Below are positions 9,538 to 21,794 of a stretch of 64,000 nucleotides of DNA, one piece after another (within the stretch, counting starts at the first letter, position 1; every line of letters begins with the position of its first letter). This DNA is from Deltaproteobacteria bacterium (GTDB taxonomy: Bacteria > Myxococcota_A > Polyangia > Polyangiales > Houyiibacteriaceae): assembly GCA_034670305.1 (NCBI GenBank), contig JAXMNT010000036.1, positions 1-64,000 of the forward strand. The letters run 5' to 3'. The position numbers and the translations under genes were made by a program. The notes under the pieces are model-generated. The model did not search any database. It had not been told where the DNA came from and worked only from the letters and a program-made list of their open reading frames with translations.

Positions 9538-10545
9538 TCAGCGGCCGAGGTCGAAGGTCATGACGATCGGGGCGTGATCGCTCGCCGCTTCGATCTCGGC
9601 GCCGTGAAGAATGCGCGCTTCGAGCAGCTCGGCTTCGACGTTGGCGGTGCCCAGCATGTAGTCGATCTGTTGCTCGCGTCGGTCGAAGACGAAGGTGTAT
9701 CGGTCCGCGCTCGGCACGAAGCGGGTCAGATCGGTGAAAGCCGACGCGTCCCCCAGCAACGCATCGAGTGGATCGGAGTCCGGCAGATCGTTGAAGTCGC
9801 CCACGATCAGCATGCGGTCGACGCCGCTCTCGAGGCGGCGTTCCGCGATGCGCCGGCACTGCATCGCTTCGGCGAGACGCCGGTCGTCTCCGTTGCCTGG
9901 GGCGGACATGGAGAGGAAGTGCACGATCATCACCGTGATCGGAATGCCGCCCGGCTCAGCGAAGACCTCGAGGGCGTCTCGCGCGAAGAAGTACTCCTCG
10001 CTCCCGTCCGGCGAAGGAAACTGTTCGCCCAGGTGACTGGCGACGTTGGTGATCGGCACCCGCGCGAGGAAGCCGACGTCGATGCCCCGTCCGTCGAAAC
10101 TGTCCATGAGGGCCATCTCGGTGTAGCCGAGTGAGTTCGCGGGGCCGGTTGCGAGGTCCTCAAGGATTCCGAGGTTCTCGACCTCTTGCAGCGCGACCAG
10201 ATCCGCGTCGAGCGCCAGCAGCACATTCGAGACGTCTTCGATCTTCTGGCCGTACTGCCCGCTGGAGAGCACGTCGTCGGCGCGGTCCGGGTCGTTGCGG
10301 GTGTCGAAGAAGTTCTCGACGTTCCAGGTCGCGACCGTGAAACGGACCGGACCGACGACCGGCGCGTCTCGGCCGGCGTCGACGGTGGGGTCGGCGTCGA
10401 GCGGCACGTCGTCGTCGGACGGACACCCCGTGAGGCACAGCGCAGCGACCACCAGGGCCACCAAAGGCGCGCGGCGTGGTGCACGGACCGTCGCGACGGC
10501 CTCGCCGACCGGAGTCGCGCGGGCTGGAAGAAAGAGAAGGGACAC
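9538..10545 (-). CDS. Endonuclease/exonuclease/phosphatase family lipoprotein
   Basis: Lipobox LTGC; ATWNVENFFD, LQEVEN, GDFND, IDY, ASDHAP; start approximate. Confidence 0.85.
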   Translation of the reverse strand: MSLLFLPARATPVGEAVATVRAPRRAPLVALVVAALCLTGCPSDDDVPLDADPTVDAGRDAPVVGPVRFTVATWNVENFFDTRNDPDRADDVLSSGQYGQKIEDVSNVLLALDADLVALQEVENLGILEDLATGPANSLGYTEMALMDSFDGRGIDVGFLARVPITNVASHLGEQFPSPDGSEEYFFARDALEVFAEPGGIPITVMIVHFLSMSAPGNGDDRRLAEAMQCRRIAERRLESGVDRMLIVGDFNDLPDSDPLDALLGDASAFTDLTRFVPSADRYTFVFDRREQQIDYMLGTANVEAELLEARILHGAEIEAASDHAPIVMTFDLGR

Positions 10546-10598
10546 AGAAGTGATGAACAGAGCCTAGCGATGCGCCGACGAAGGCGCACGAAGACGGC

Positions 10599-10982
10599 TC
10601 AGGTCAACTCCAGGAGTCGTTTGGCGCGCTGCTCGGCGTACTTGAGCAGCTCGGTCGCTTCGTCCTCCGGGATGCGGAGCTTCTCGACCAGCGACTTGAG
10701 CAGCCCGACCTCTTCGGTGCTCTGCTCCCCGTCGATGTACGTGAGGATGACCGCGTGCTGGAGCAGCTGACGGCGGTCGGTGGCGGACAGGTCGGTGATC
10801 GGAATGTCGTCGATGCTGCGCGAGGTCTTCGCGTACTCACGAATGGCGTCAGCGTCGTCGCCGCCGATCTCGAACGCTGCGAGCAGCGCCTCGATCACTT
10901 CACTTTCTTCTTCCTCGACCCGGCCATCGGCCCAGGCGACGGCCACGAGGGATTTCAGCATCGCTTCTTGGTGTTCTTGCAT
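10599..10982 (-). CDS. TerB-like (tellurite resistance family) protein
   Basis: AVAWADGRVEEEE and second repeat YIDGEQSTEE, typical of the TerB fold. Confidence 0.8.
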   Translation of the reverse strand: MQEHQEAMLKSLVAVAWADGRVEEEESEVIEALLAAFEIGGDDADAIREYAKTSRSIDDIPITDLSATDRRQLLQHAVILTYIDGEQSTEEVGLLKSLVEKLRIPEDEATELLKYAEQRAKRLLELT

Positions 10983-11048
10983 TCCGCCTCCGGGCCGCGA
11001 GCCTATCAGACCCCTGAGGCCGGGCGCGACCGTTTGTTGTGGGTCCCG

Positions 11049-12155
11049 TCAGCTCAAGAAATCCACGACGGCGGCGGCGATGTGGTCGACGCGGTCTTGA
11101 CCGAGTTCCGGGAACACCGGCAGGGCGAGGACCTCGGCGCACGCCTGCTCGGCGACCGGCAGGCTTCCAGGCTGGTACCCGAGATCGGAGAAACACGCCT
11201 GGAGGTGAAGCGGGACCGGGTAGTAGATCGTGCTCGCGATGCCGATCGACTTCAGGTGGGCTTGGAGCGCGTCGCGCTGCGTGGTGCGAATCACGTACTG
11301 GTTGAACACGTGGCGTTCCACGACGCGCGGGGGCGTGGTGAGGAGCGCCGCTGGGAGGCCTGCCGCGGCGAACCGTTCGTCGTACCGCGCGGCGTTCTCG
11401 TGCCGGCCCGCGTGCCATGCTTCGAGGGCTGGGAACTTGGCCCGCAGGATGGCGGCTTGGAGCGCGTCGAGGCGAAAGTTGCCGCCGATGTGGGCGTGGA
11501 AGTACTTCGGTTTGGCGCCGTGGCCGCGGAGCATGCGCGCCCGTTCGGCCAGCGCTTCGTCTTGGGTGGTCACGAGGCCGCCGTCGCCGAAGCCGCCAAG
11601 GTTCTTGGACGGGAAGAACGAGAAACACCCGAACGTGCCCACGCTTCCAGCGCGCGCGCCTTCGGGTCCGGCCCCGAGGGCCTGCGCCGCGTCTTCGATG
11701 ATCGGGATCTCGCCCGCTACGTCTTGCAGCGCCACCATGTCGACCATCTGTCCGTACAGATGCACCGGCATGATCGCTTTGGTGCGCGGGGTGATCGCGG
11801 CTGCGACCAGCGCCGGGCCCAAGTTGAAAGAGTCCGGTTCGATGTCCACGAAGACCGGCGTGGCGCCGACTCGAGAGATGCAGCCGCCGGTCGCAAAGAA
11901 CGTGAACGGCGTGGTGATCACTTCGTCGCCCGGGCCGATGCCGAGCCCCATCAACGCCAGCAGCAACGCGTCGGTGCCGCTCGAGACGCCGATCGCGTAC
12001 TTCGCCCCGACGTAGTCGGCGAGCTCCACCTCGAGCGCTTCCACTTCCGGCCCGTTGATGAAATGGCCGGATGTGAACACCCGATCAAACGCGGCACGAA
12101 TGCCTGCTTCGAGCGGCGCATTCTGCGCCGTCACGTCCAACATCGGAATCTTCAT
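11049..12155 (-). CDS. DegT/DnrJ/EryC1/StrS aminotransferase (WbpE-like)
   Basis: [37 protein letters not shown]. Confidence 0.92.
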   Translation of the reverse strand: MKIPMLDVTAQNAPLEAGIRAAFDRVFTSGHFINGPEVEALEVELADYVGAKYAIGVSSGTDALLLALMGLGIGPGDEVITTPFTFFATGGCISRVGATPVFVDIEPDSFNLGPALVAAAITPRTKAIMPVHLYGQMVDMVALQDVAGEIPIIEDAAQALGAGPEGARAGSVGTFGCFSFFPSKNLGGFGDGGLVTTQDEALAERARMLRGHGAKPKYFHAHIGGNFRLDALQAAILRAKFPALEAWHAGRHENAARYDERFAAAGLPAALLTTPPRVVERHVFNQYVIRTTQRDALQAHLKSIGIASTIYYPVPLHLQACFSDLGYQPGSLPVAEQACAEVLALPVFPELGQDRVDHIAAAVVDFLS

Positions 12156-12733
12156 TCGACCCTCCGGCACCCATCGGCCGCGATCGCGTAACGGTCGCCG
12201 CAACGCACACACTCGGCCTCGCCCTGCGTGTTGCCGAGCTTCTCACCGCACCGGCACATCCAGCCGCGGTGACGCGCGGGCGTGCCGACGACGAGTGCGT
12301 GCGCGACCACATCGCGCGTCACGACGGCGCCGGCTCCGACAAACGCGTAGGAGCCGATCTCGTGGCCGCACACGATGGTCGCGTTGGCGCCGATCGACGC
12401 GCCGCGGCGCAGTCGGGTGACGCGGAACTCGTCCTTGCGTTCCACGAACGCGCGCGGGTTGTCGACGTTCGTCAGCACGCAACTCGGCCCAAGGAAGACG
12501 TCGTCTTCGACTTCGACCGCGTCGTAGATCGAGACGTTGTTCTGCACTTTCACTCCGTCGCCGAGCACCACCTTGGACCCGACGTAGACGTTTTGTCCCA
12601 GCACGCAGCGGGCGCCGATGCACGCGCCGGCACACACGTGACTGAAGTGCCAGACCTTGGTGCCGGCCCCAATGTGTGCGCCGTCGTCGACGATGGCGCT
12701 CGGGTGCACGAACACGCTCTCGTGCACGCTCAC
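12152..12733 (-). CDS. Hexapeptide-repeat N-acetyltransferase (WbpD-like)
   Basis: [39 protein letters not shown]-terminal CRC..CVRC zinc-knuckle. Confidence 0.9.
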   Translation of the reverse strand: MSVHESVFVHPSAIVDDGAHIGAGTKVWHFSHVCAGACIGARCVLGQNVYVGSKVVLGDGVKVQNNVSIYDAVEVEDDVFLGPSCVLTNVDNPRAFVERKDEFRVTRLRRGASIGANATIVCGHEIGSYAFVGAGAVVTRDVVAHALVVGTPARHRGWMCRCGEKLGNTQGEAECVRCGDRYAIAADGCRRVE

Positions 12734-13767
12734 GAGGCGCCCTCGGAGGTTGCGCATTCGATCTCGCGGCCACCCTCCCGCAACGAGCGGGCGCCGGCTT
12801 CGAGCGCGCGCACCACGCCGAGGCCCGAGACTCCGTCGGCGAGCGGGGCCACCCGGGAGCGACACGCGTCGAGGAACGCTTCGCACTCACGCCGCAACGG
12901 CTCGGCCATGCGCACCGCCGGCACCACGATGTCTCCGGTGCGGACGCGGACGCCCTCTTCGTACCGAAGCGACGCCGGCGGGGGCTCGACGCCCTTGTCG
13001 TAGATCGTGAGCTTCTGATCCGGCGACGTGTCGTCGAACACCGCCATCTTCTTGCTGCCCACCACGGTCAACATCCGCGTCTTGTGCGGGTCGAGCCAGC
13101 TCACGTGCACGTGCGCCACCCGTCCGGAGGGATACCGGAGCGTGCCGAAGACGACGTCTTCGATGCCCTCCTGGAGGAACACGCCGCCGTGCGCCGCGAC
13201 CGCCACCGGCTCGGCGTCGAGCAGGAAGTTGGCGACCGAGATGTCGTGGGGCGCGAGCGACCACCAAGCGTTCTCGTCGCGTCGCACGACACCAAGGTTC
13301 AGCCGCCGGCACACGACGTAGAGGACTTCGCCGAGTTCGCCCGAGTCGATGAGGCCCTTCAGACGGATGACCGCCGGGTGGTAGAGCAGCAGGTGCCCGA
13401 CCATGAGCATGCGGCCCTTCGCGCGCGCCATCTGCACGAGCGCGGAGGCGTCCTCGCTGCCGAGCGAGAGGGGCTTCTCGACGAGCACGTCTTTGCCCGC
13501 CCGCAGGAGTTCGAGCGCGACGGATGCATGGGACGGGGCATCGGTCGCAACCACCGCCGCACCGATGTCGTCGTCGTCCAGGAACGTGCGTAGGTCGCTG
13601 GAGGCCTTCACCCCGGGATACGTCTCGGCGTGCGACGCGAGCAACGCCTCATCCCGATCGCAGATGCCTTTCAGCGCGCCGAGACCGTGGAAGTTGCGGA
13701 CGTGGTTCTTGCCCCAGCCACCCGCCCCGACCACCACCACACCGGGGGTGCCGGGGCGCGGCGTCAT
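12730..13767 (-). CDS. Gfo/Idh/MocA oxidoreductase (WbpB-like position)
   Basis: [38 protein letters not shown]. Confidence 0.88.
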   Translation of the reverse strand: MTPRPGTPGVVVVGAGGWGKNHVRNFHGLGALKGICDRDEALLASHAETYPGVKASSDLRTFLDDDDIGAAVVATDAPSHASVALELLRAGKDVLVEKPLSLGSEDASALVQMARAKGRMLMVGHLLLYHPAVIRLKGLIDSGELGEVLYVVCRRLNLGVVRRDENAWWSLAPHDISVANFLLDAEPVAVAAHGGVFLQEGIEDVVFGTLRYPSGRVAHVHVSWLDPHKTRMLTVVGSKKMAVFDDTSPDQKLTIYDKGVEPPPASLRYEEGVRVRTGDIVVPAVRMAEPLRRECEAFLDACRSRVAPLADGVSGLGVVRALEAGARSLREGGREIECATSEGAS

Positions 13768-13775
13768 CGTGCCGC

Positions 13776-14990
13776 TCACGCGACGCGCTCGAACACGACG
13801 CCGAGCCCTTGGCCGACACCGATGCAGAGCGACGCCAAGCCGTAGCGGGACTGGCGCTGTTGCATGACGTTCATCAGCGTCGTGACGATGCGGGCACCGC
13901 TGCATCCGATGGGATGCCCGAGTGCGATGGCGCCACCGTTGACGTTCACCTTCTCCGCGTCGAGCCCGAGCTCGCGAATGCAGGCGAGGCTCTGCGACGC
14001 GAACGCTTCGTTGAGCTCCACGACGTCGAGGTCCTTCGCTTCCAGCCCAGCGCGACCGAGCGCTTTGCGGGACGCGGGGATCGGACCGATGCCCATGTAG
14101 CTCGGGTCCACGCCGGCGCTTCCGCTCGAGACGACGCGCGCGATGGGTGTGACCCCGTGTTTGTCCGCCCACTCGAGCGAGGCGAGAAGCACCATCGCCG
14201 CGCCGTCGTTGAGCGGCGATGAGTTGCCGGCGGTCACGCTGCCGCCTTCGCGGAACACCGGACGCAGTCCGCCGAGGGATTCGATGCTGCTTTCGGCCCG
14301 GATGCTCTCGTCGCGCTCCACGGTCCGCTCGACGTCCCGTTTGTGGGCCGGCGGCACGACGACCGCGGCGGTCTCGTGGCGGAAGCGGCCGGCCTCCCAG
14401 GCGGCGGCGGCTTTGATGTGCGAGGTGTACGCGAACATGTCCTGGTCTTCGCGACTGACCCCGTACTTCTCGGCAACGTTCTCCGCGGTCATGCCCATGC
14501 CGAGGAGTGGGAACCGCTGTTCCATCTTCGGGTTGGGAAACCGCCAGCCGAGGCTCGTGTCGTAGATCTTCGGTGGCTTGCGGGGGAAGGCCTCCTCCGG
14601 TTTGCTCATCGCGTAAGGCGCTCGGCTCATGGACTCGACGCCACCCGCCACCATCACGTCGTGGTCGCCGAGCGCGATCGCGCGGGCGCACTGGATGACG
14701 GCTTCGAGCCCGGACCCGCAGAGCCGGTTGACTGTCACGCCGCTTACCTCGAACGGAAGCCCCGCGAGCAGCGACGCCATGCGCGCGATGTTGCGGTTGT
14801 CTTCGCCGGCCTGGTTCGTCGCGCCGAGAATGACTTCTTCGACGTCCTTCTTGGCCTCGCCCTGCCGGTCGAGAAGCGCGCTCAACACCCCGGCGGCGAG
14901 GTCGTCGGGCCGCACCCGGGCGAGCCCTCCCCGGTACTTGCCGATCGGGGTTCGCAGTGCATCGATGACGACGACGTCGCGGGTCTCCAT
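13776..14990 (-). CDS. Thiolase (acetyl-CoA C-acyltransferase, PcaF/PaaJ-like)
   Basis: [33 protein letters not shown]. Confidence 0.92.
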   Translation of the reverse strand: METRDVVVIDALRTPIGKYRGGLARVRPDDLAAGVLSALLDRQGEAKKDVEEVILGATNQAGEDNRNIARMASLLAGLPFEVSGVTVNRLCGSGLEAVIQCARAIALGDHDVMVAGGVESMSRAPYAMSKPEEAFPRKPPKIYDTSLGWRFPNPKMEQRFPLLGMGMTAENVAEKYGVSREDQDMFAYTSHIKAAAAWEAGRFRHETAAVVVPPAHKRDVERTVERDESIRAESSIESLGGLRPVFREGGSVTAGNSSPLNDGAAMVLLASLEWADKHGVTPIARVVSSGSAGVDPSYMGIGPIPASRKALGRAGLEAKDLDVVELNEAFASQSLACIRELGLDAEKVNVNGGAIALGHPIGCSGARIVTTLMNVMQQRQSRYGLASLCIGVGQGLGVVFERVA

Positions 14991-15141
14991 GTTCATCCTG
15001 TCCGGTGCGGCGTTCCGCGGTTTCGGCGAGTCCGCGCGGACCGCACCTGCGGCCCGGACGACTCCCAATGCTTGGCCAGTGCTGCGGGAACAGCGCGGTC
15101 GAACGCCGTTCTACCGCCACCGTCGTCTCACCGCCAACGCA

Positions 15142-15672
15142 AAGGGCCCACACCAACGGTGCGGGCCCTTGTAGGCGCGCGAAGCGCCCAATCCCGCGAA
15201 GCGCCAACGAGTCAGGCGGCTCCCCCCGTGCACCTGCGCAGGCCGAGCAACTGGTGCACTCCCCAAGTGCGTCATGGGGCGGCGGGAGTGCATCGACCGC
15301 GCGCAGCCGCCAGTCCCGCGAAGCGGGCCAGGCCCCGAACAGCGCCAGCGAGTCAGGCGGCTCCCCCCGTGCACCTGCGCAGGCCGTAGGCCGAGCAACT
15401 GGTGCACTCCCCAAGTGCGTCATGGAGGCGGCGGGAGTGCATCGACCGCGCGCAGCCGCCAAGTGCTCCAAGTGCTCTTTCAGTGGACCCAGTGATCAGG
15501 CGGCGAGCACGTCGATGTGCCCAGGTGGGGAGGAGGCCGCAGGCCGGAGGGGGAACCCTTCCCCCTCAGGAACAATGGACGCCGAATTAGGGCCCCAGGT
15601 GGGGAGGCCGCAGGCCGGAGGGGGAACCCTTCCCCCTCAGAGAGCACGGGTCCCGCGAAGCGGGCCAGGCCC
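15142..15672. repeat. Mosaic intergenic repeat (REP/BIME-like): three duplicated modules with internal palindromes
   Basis: Module A 15200-15312 / 15341-15461; module B 15520-15569 / 15594-15640; module C 15313-15335 / 15650-15672; hairpin 15142-15170. Confidence 0.85.
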
Positions 15673-15683
15673 GTAGCAAGAAG

Positions 15684-18629
<2,946 letters not shown>

Positions 18630-18947
18630 GTGCTTGTTACAGACCGAGCGTGCGAGGTTCGCCTTGGGTACATCCCAACGCCGATGTCCCCGATGGGCGC
18701 AGTCTCCTAAGCCCCCTCCACCACGTCAAGCTTGGTCCAAGATTGGTAGGATCCCTGCGGCATGGATCAGTTCGTTTCGGCTGGGGCCGTTTCGATCTCT
18801 TCCGGCGCGAACGCGGGAGGGGGTGGGGTCTGCGCCACGGGCGGAGGCGTGGAAGCGCATGCAGCGACGCCCCACAACGCGAGGAGCGGTGCGAGGCGTT
18901 GGGGGGACCGACCGTGGAAGGTCATCTCGGCCGTGCTCTTGGAGGAC

Positions 18948-19370
18948 TCAGTAGGCCAGGTTGCCGCGTTTGGTCATCGAGGTCTCGCCGAACTGGTTGA
19001 CCATGCCTTCGCCGCTGTCCTGGAACTCGAAGACGCTCGCGATGCGGAAGGCGTCGCCGTTGTCGGCGCGGATCGTGATGTCCACGGTCTCGGCGTCCTC
19101 GACCTGCGGGGTCGTGACGAGGAGCGTCTCCGGGTCGATGATGGTCACCGAGGGCGCGCGCCGGGTCCCGAAGAACACGGTGTAGCCGATGTCGGTGCGG
19201 AAGTTCTGGCCGCCGATCTTCACCGGCTGCTCCCCGCCAAGACCCGCGTTTCGCGGCTCGACGGTGAGAATGGCCATTTCGCCACCTTCGCTCTCGCACC
19301 CGGCGAGGACGCCGACGGAGACAAAAGCGATGAGGAGGGAGCTGCTGAGCATCGTGGAGAGGAGGCGCAT
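18948..19370 (-). CDS. IPT/TIG domain lipoprotein
   Basis: Lipobox LAGC; VEPRNA...GGEQPVKIGGQNF...VFFG...TLLVTTP. Confidence 0.75.
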   Translation of the reverse strand: MRLLSTMLSSSLLIAFVSVGVLAGCESEGGEMAILTVEPRNAGLGGEQPVKIGGQNFRTDIGYTVFFGTRRAPSVTIIDPETLLVTTPQVEDAETVDITIRADNGDAFRIASVFEFQDSGEGMVNQFGETSMTKRGNLAY

Positions 19371-19502
19371 GAGGCCCGCACGATATTCCCCGTTGGGCCG
19401 GCCCGTCAATCGCGCTCTTCACCGCGGCCATTGGGTGCGAACTGGCTTGTTTGCCCGAGCTGGATGGTTAACTCGGCCCCCCGCGGCTGGATCGAGGAGC
19501 AC

Positions 19503-20849
19503 ATGACCGTCCTGGCAATGAGTGTGGAACGAGTGGAAGACCATCCCGACGCGGATTCGCTGCGGGTGCACCAGCTGCGCGCCGGGGAGCGCACGGCGCA
19601 GGTCGTAGCGAACCTCGAGACCGTCTACGCGGTGGGCGACGTCGTGGCGGTGGCGCTCGTCGGAAGCACGCTGCAGGGCAACCTCTCGATCCGGCGGGTC
19701 CGGCTTCGGGGCGTCGACTCGTTCGGGATGATGCTCGGACGGGTGGAAGAGGCGGTTGGCACGGACCTGTCCCACCTTCACGAAGACCCGGCGGCGGAAG
19801 CGTCGAGCGGGGCCGAACGACACGCCTTCGTCGCGTGGCCGAGCATCGAACAACTGCACCACCTCCGCGCGCACTTCGCCGCTCAGGCGGAGACGCCGCC
19901 GCAGGTCGCGTACCGGGCCAAGGTCAAACTCGACGGCACCAACGCGGGTGTCCAGATCCTCCGCATGCAAGGCGCCGAGGACGAGGTGTCGGTCGTGGCG
20001 CAGAGCCGCACCCGGCTGCTCTCTGTCGAGCAGGACAACTACGGGTTCGCCCGATGGGTGGACGCCCGCCGCGATGGGTTCGCGGCGCTCGCGCAAGACG
20101 TCGCGACCGGGGAGGACCGGTCGCTCGTCACGGTGTTCGGCGAATGGGTCGGGCCCGGCGTGCAGCGGGGGGTGGCGGTCTCCAAGATCCCGGAGAAATG
20201 TTTCGTCGTCTTCGCGATTCAGTTTGGCGATCCGATGCGCGACGCGGCCACGCTCGAGGTCGAGCCGGCTGCGATCGAAGCGCGCGTCGGCGCGATCGAT
20301 GGCGTGCATGTGCTGCCGTGGGTGGACCTGTCCGTCTCGCTCGACTTCGCCGATCCGGTCGCGCTCGCCGCCGGGGCCGAACGCATCAACGCGCTCGTCT
20401 CCGACGTCGAGCAGTGCGACCCGTGGGTGAAGGGCGTCTTCGGGATCGAAGGCGTCGGCGAAGGGGTGGTGCTCTACCCCGATCCGAAGGGCGCGCCGCT
20501 CGACCGCGACCTGTGCTCGGAACGCATGTTCAAAGCGAAGGGCGAAAAGCACCGCGTGGTGCGGACCAAAGCGCCGGCTCAGATCGATCCGGAACAGGCC
20601 AAGAGCGTGGCGGAGTTCGTCGAGCTGGTGGTCACGGACGCGCGCCTCGAACAAGGGGTGCGCGAGGCATGCGACGGCGTGTTCGAGATGAAACGCATCG
20701 GCCATTTCTTGAAGTGGATCGCCGGCGATGTGCGGAAGGAAACGAGCGTGGAGCTCGAAGCGGCAGGGCTCACCTGGAAACAGGTCGGCAAAGCCGTGTC
20801 GGCCAAGGCGAAGTCCTTCTACATCAACGGGGTCCGGCGCATCGACTGA
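19503..20849 (+). CDS. ATP-dependent RNA ligase (Rnl2-like) with N-terminal tRNA-binding-type OB domain
   Basis: HPDADSL...RLRGVDSFGM (OB); motif I KLDGTN, Ia QSR, III FGEW, IIIa FVVFAI, IV EGVV, V FKAK; helical C-terminal domain. Confidence 0.85.
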   Translation: MTVLAMSVERVEDHPDADSLRVHQLRAGERTAQVVANLETVYAVGDVVAVALVGSTLQGNLSIRRVRLRGVDSFGMMLGRVEEAVGTDLSHLHEDPAAEASSGAERHAFVAWPSIEQLHHLRAHFAAQAETPPQVAYRAKVKLDGTNAGVQILRMQGAEDEVSVVAQSRTRLLSVEQDNYGFARWVDARRDGFAALAQDVATGEDRSLVTVFGEWVGPGVQRGVAVSKIPEKCFVVFAIQFGDPMRDAATLEVEPAAIEARVGAIDGVHVLPWVDLSVSLDFADPVALAAGAERINALVSDVEQCDPWVKGVFGIEGVGEGVVLYPDPKGAPLDRDLCSERMFKAKGEKHRVVRTKAPAQIDPEQAKSVAEFVELVVTDARLEQGVREACDGVFEMKRIGHFLKWIAGDVRKETSVELEAAGLTWKQVGKAVSAKAKSFYINGVRRID

Positions 20850-20903
20850 CCGGTGCCCATTCGCGGCAGTGATAAGGATCGACGCGGCTGCTAGCCTCAC
20901 GGC

Positions 20904-21539
20904 ATGCGCAGCGGATGGGTCTTGGTGGTGGGGTGTCTGGTGGCGTGTGGCGAGAGCACCGCGCCACCGGACGGCTCCATCGATTCGGGTGCGGTTGACG
21001 CGCCCGCGGTCGACGCGCCCGGGGTCGACGCGCCCCCGGTGGACGCGCCTGGGGTCGACACCGGACCGCGACCGGATGCCGGACGCCGCTCTTGCGGCGG
21101 GTTCGTGGGCGCGACCTGCGAAGACGACGAGTTCTGCGACTACTCGTTCGACGATGCCTGCGGCGCCGACGACGGTGGCGGGTTCTGCGAACCGCGGCCG
21201 ATGGATTGCCCGGACATCGCGGACCCCACCTGCGCATGCGATGGGATGGTCTACGGCAACGCCTGCGAGGCCAACGCGGCGGGCTTCGATGTGAACGCGC
21301 TGCGCGGCGGCTGCACCCCGCCCGAGGGCACGTTCGGGTGCGGAGCGAGGTTCTGCGACATGAGCTCGTACTGCTTGGTCATCGTGGACGACACCGGCCT
21401 GCCGCCGACCTACGAATGTCGCCCGCTCCCGGGTGCCTGCGGGGCCGAGCCCACCTGCGCGTGCGTGGCGGAAGAGCCGTGCGGCGACATCTGCGAGGAG
21501 CGGTCCGACCACCTCGAGGTGGTCTGCCCAGGCGGCTAG
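20904..21539 (+). CDS. Cys-rich lipoprotein with a Kazal-like module
   Basis: Lipobox LVAC; VDAP repeats; CPDIADPTCACDGMVYGNACEA. Confidence 0.75.
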   Translation: MRSGWVLVVGCLVACGESTAPPDGSIDSGAVDAPAVDAPGVDAPPVDAPGVDTGPRPDAGRRSCGGFVGATCEDDEFCDYSFDDACGADDGGGFCEPRPMDCPDIADPTCACDGMVYGNACEANAAGFDVNALRGGCTPPEGTFGCGARFCDMSSYCLVIVDDTGLPPTYECRPLPGACGAEPTCACVAEEPCGDICEERSDHLEVVCPGG

Positions 21540-21582
21540 CAGCAAAGACCGCGGACAGCGACAGAGAGAGCAGCAGACTCGA

Positions 21583-21787
21583 CGTCGGCTTCGGCGTCGG
21601 CTCGGCGTCGGCTTCGGCTTCGGCGTCGGCGTCGGCGTCGGCGTCGGCTTCGGCTTCGGATTCGGATTCGGCTTCCGCTTCCGCTTCCGCTTCCGCTTCC
21701 GCTTCCGCTTCCGCTTCCGCTTCCGCTTCCGCTTCCGCTTCCGCTTCCGCTTCCGCTTCCGCATCCGCTTCCGCTTCCGCTTCCGCT
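21583..21787. repeat. (GGCTTC/GGCGTC)n then (CGCTTC)n tract between convergent genes
   Basis: Directly visible; second half is a near-perfect ccgctt run. Confidence 0.95.
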
Positions 21788-21794
21788 TAACTGT

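Noticed and set aside
10599-10982. ter stress/defence operon
   Set aside because: There is only a single TerB-like gene, with no terC/D/Z or associated genes.
15200-15640. Possible CRISPR array
   Set aside because: Each module has only two copies, the unit lengths (23, ~50, ~115 bp) and order are irregular, there is no regular repeat-spacer period, and no cas genes are present.
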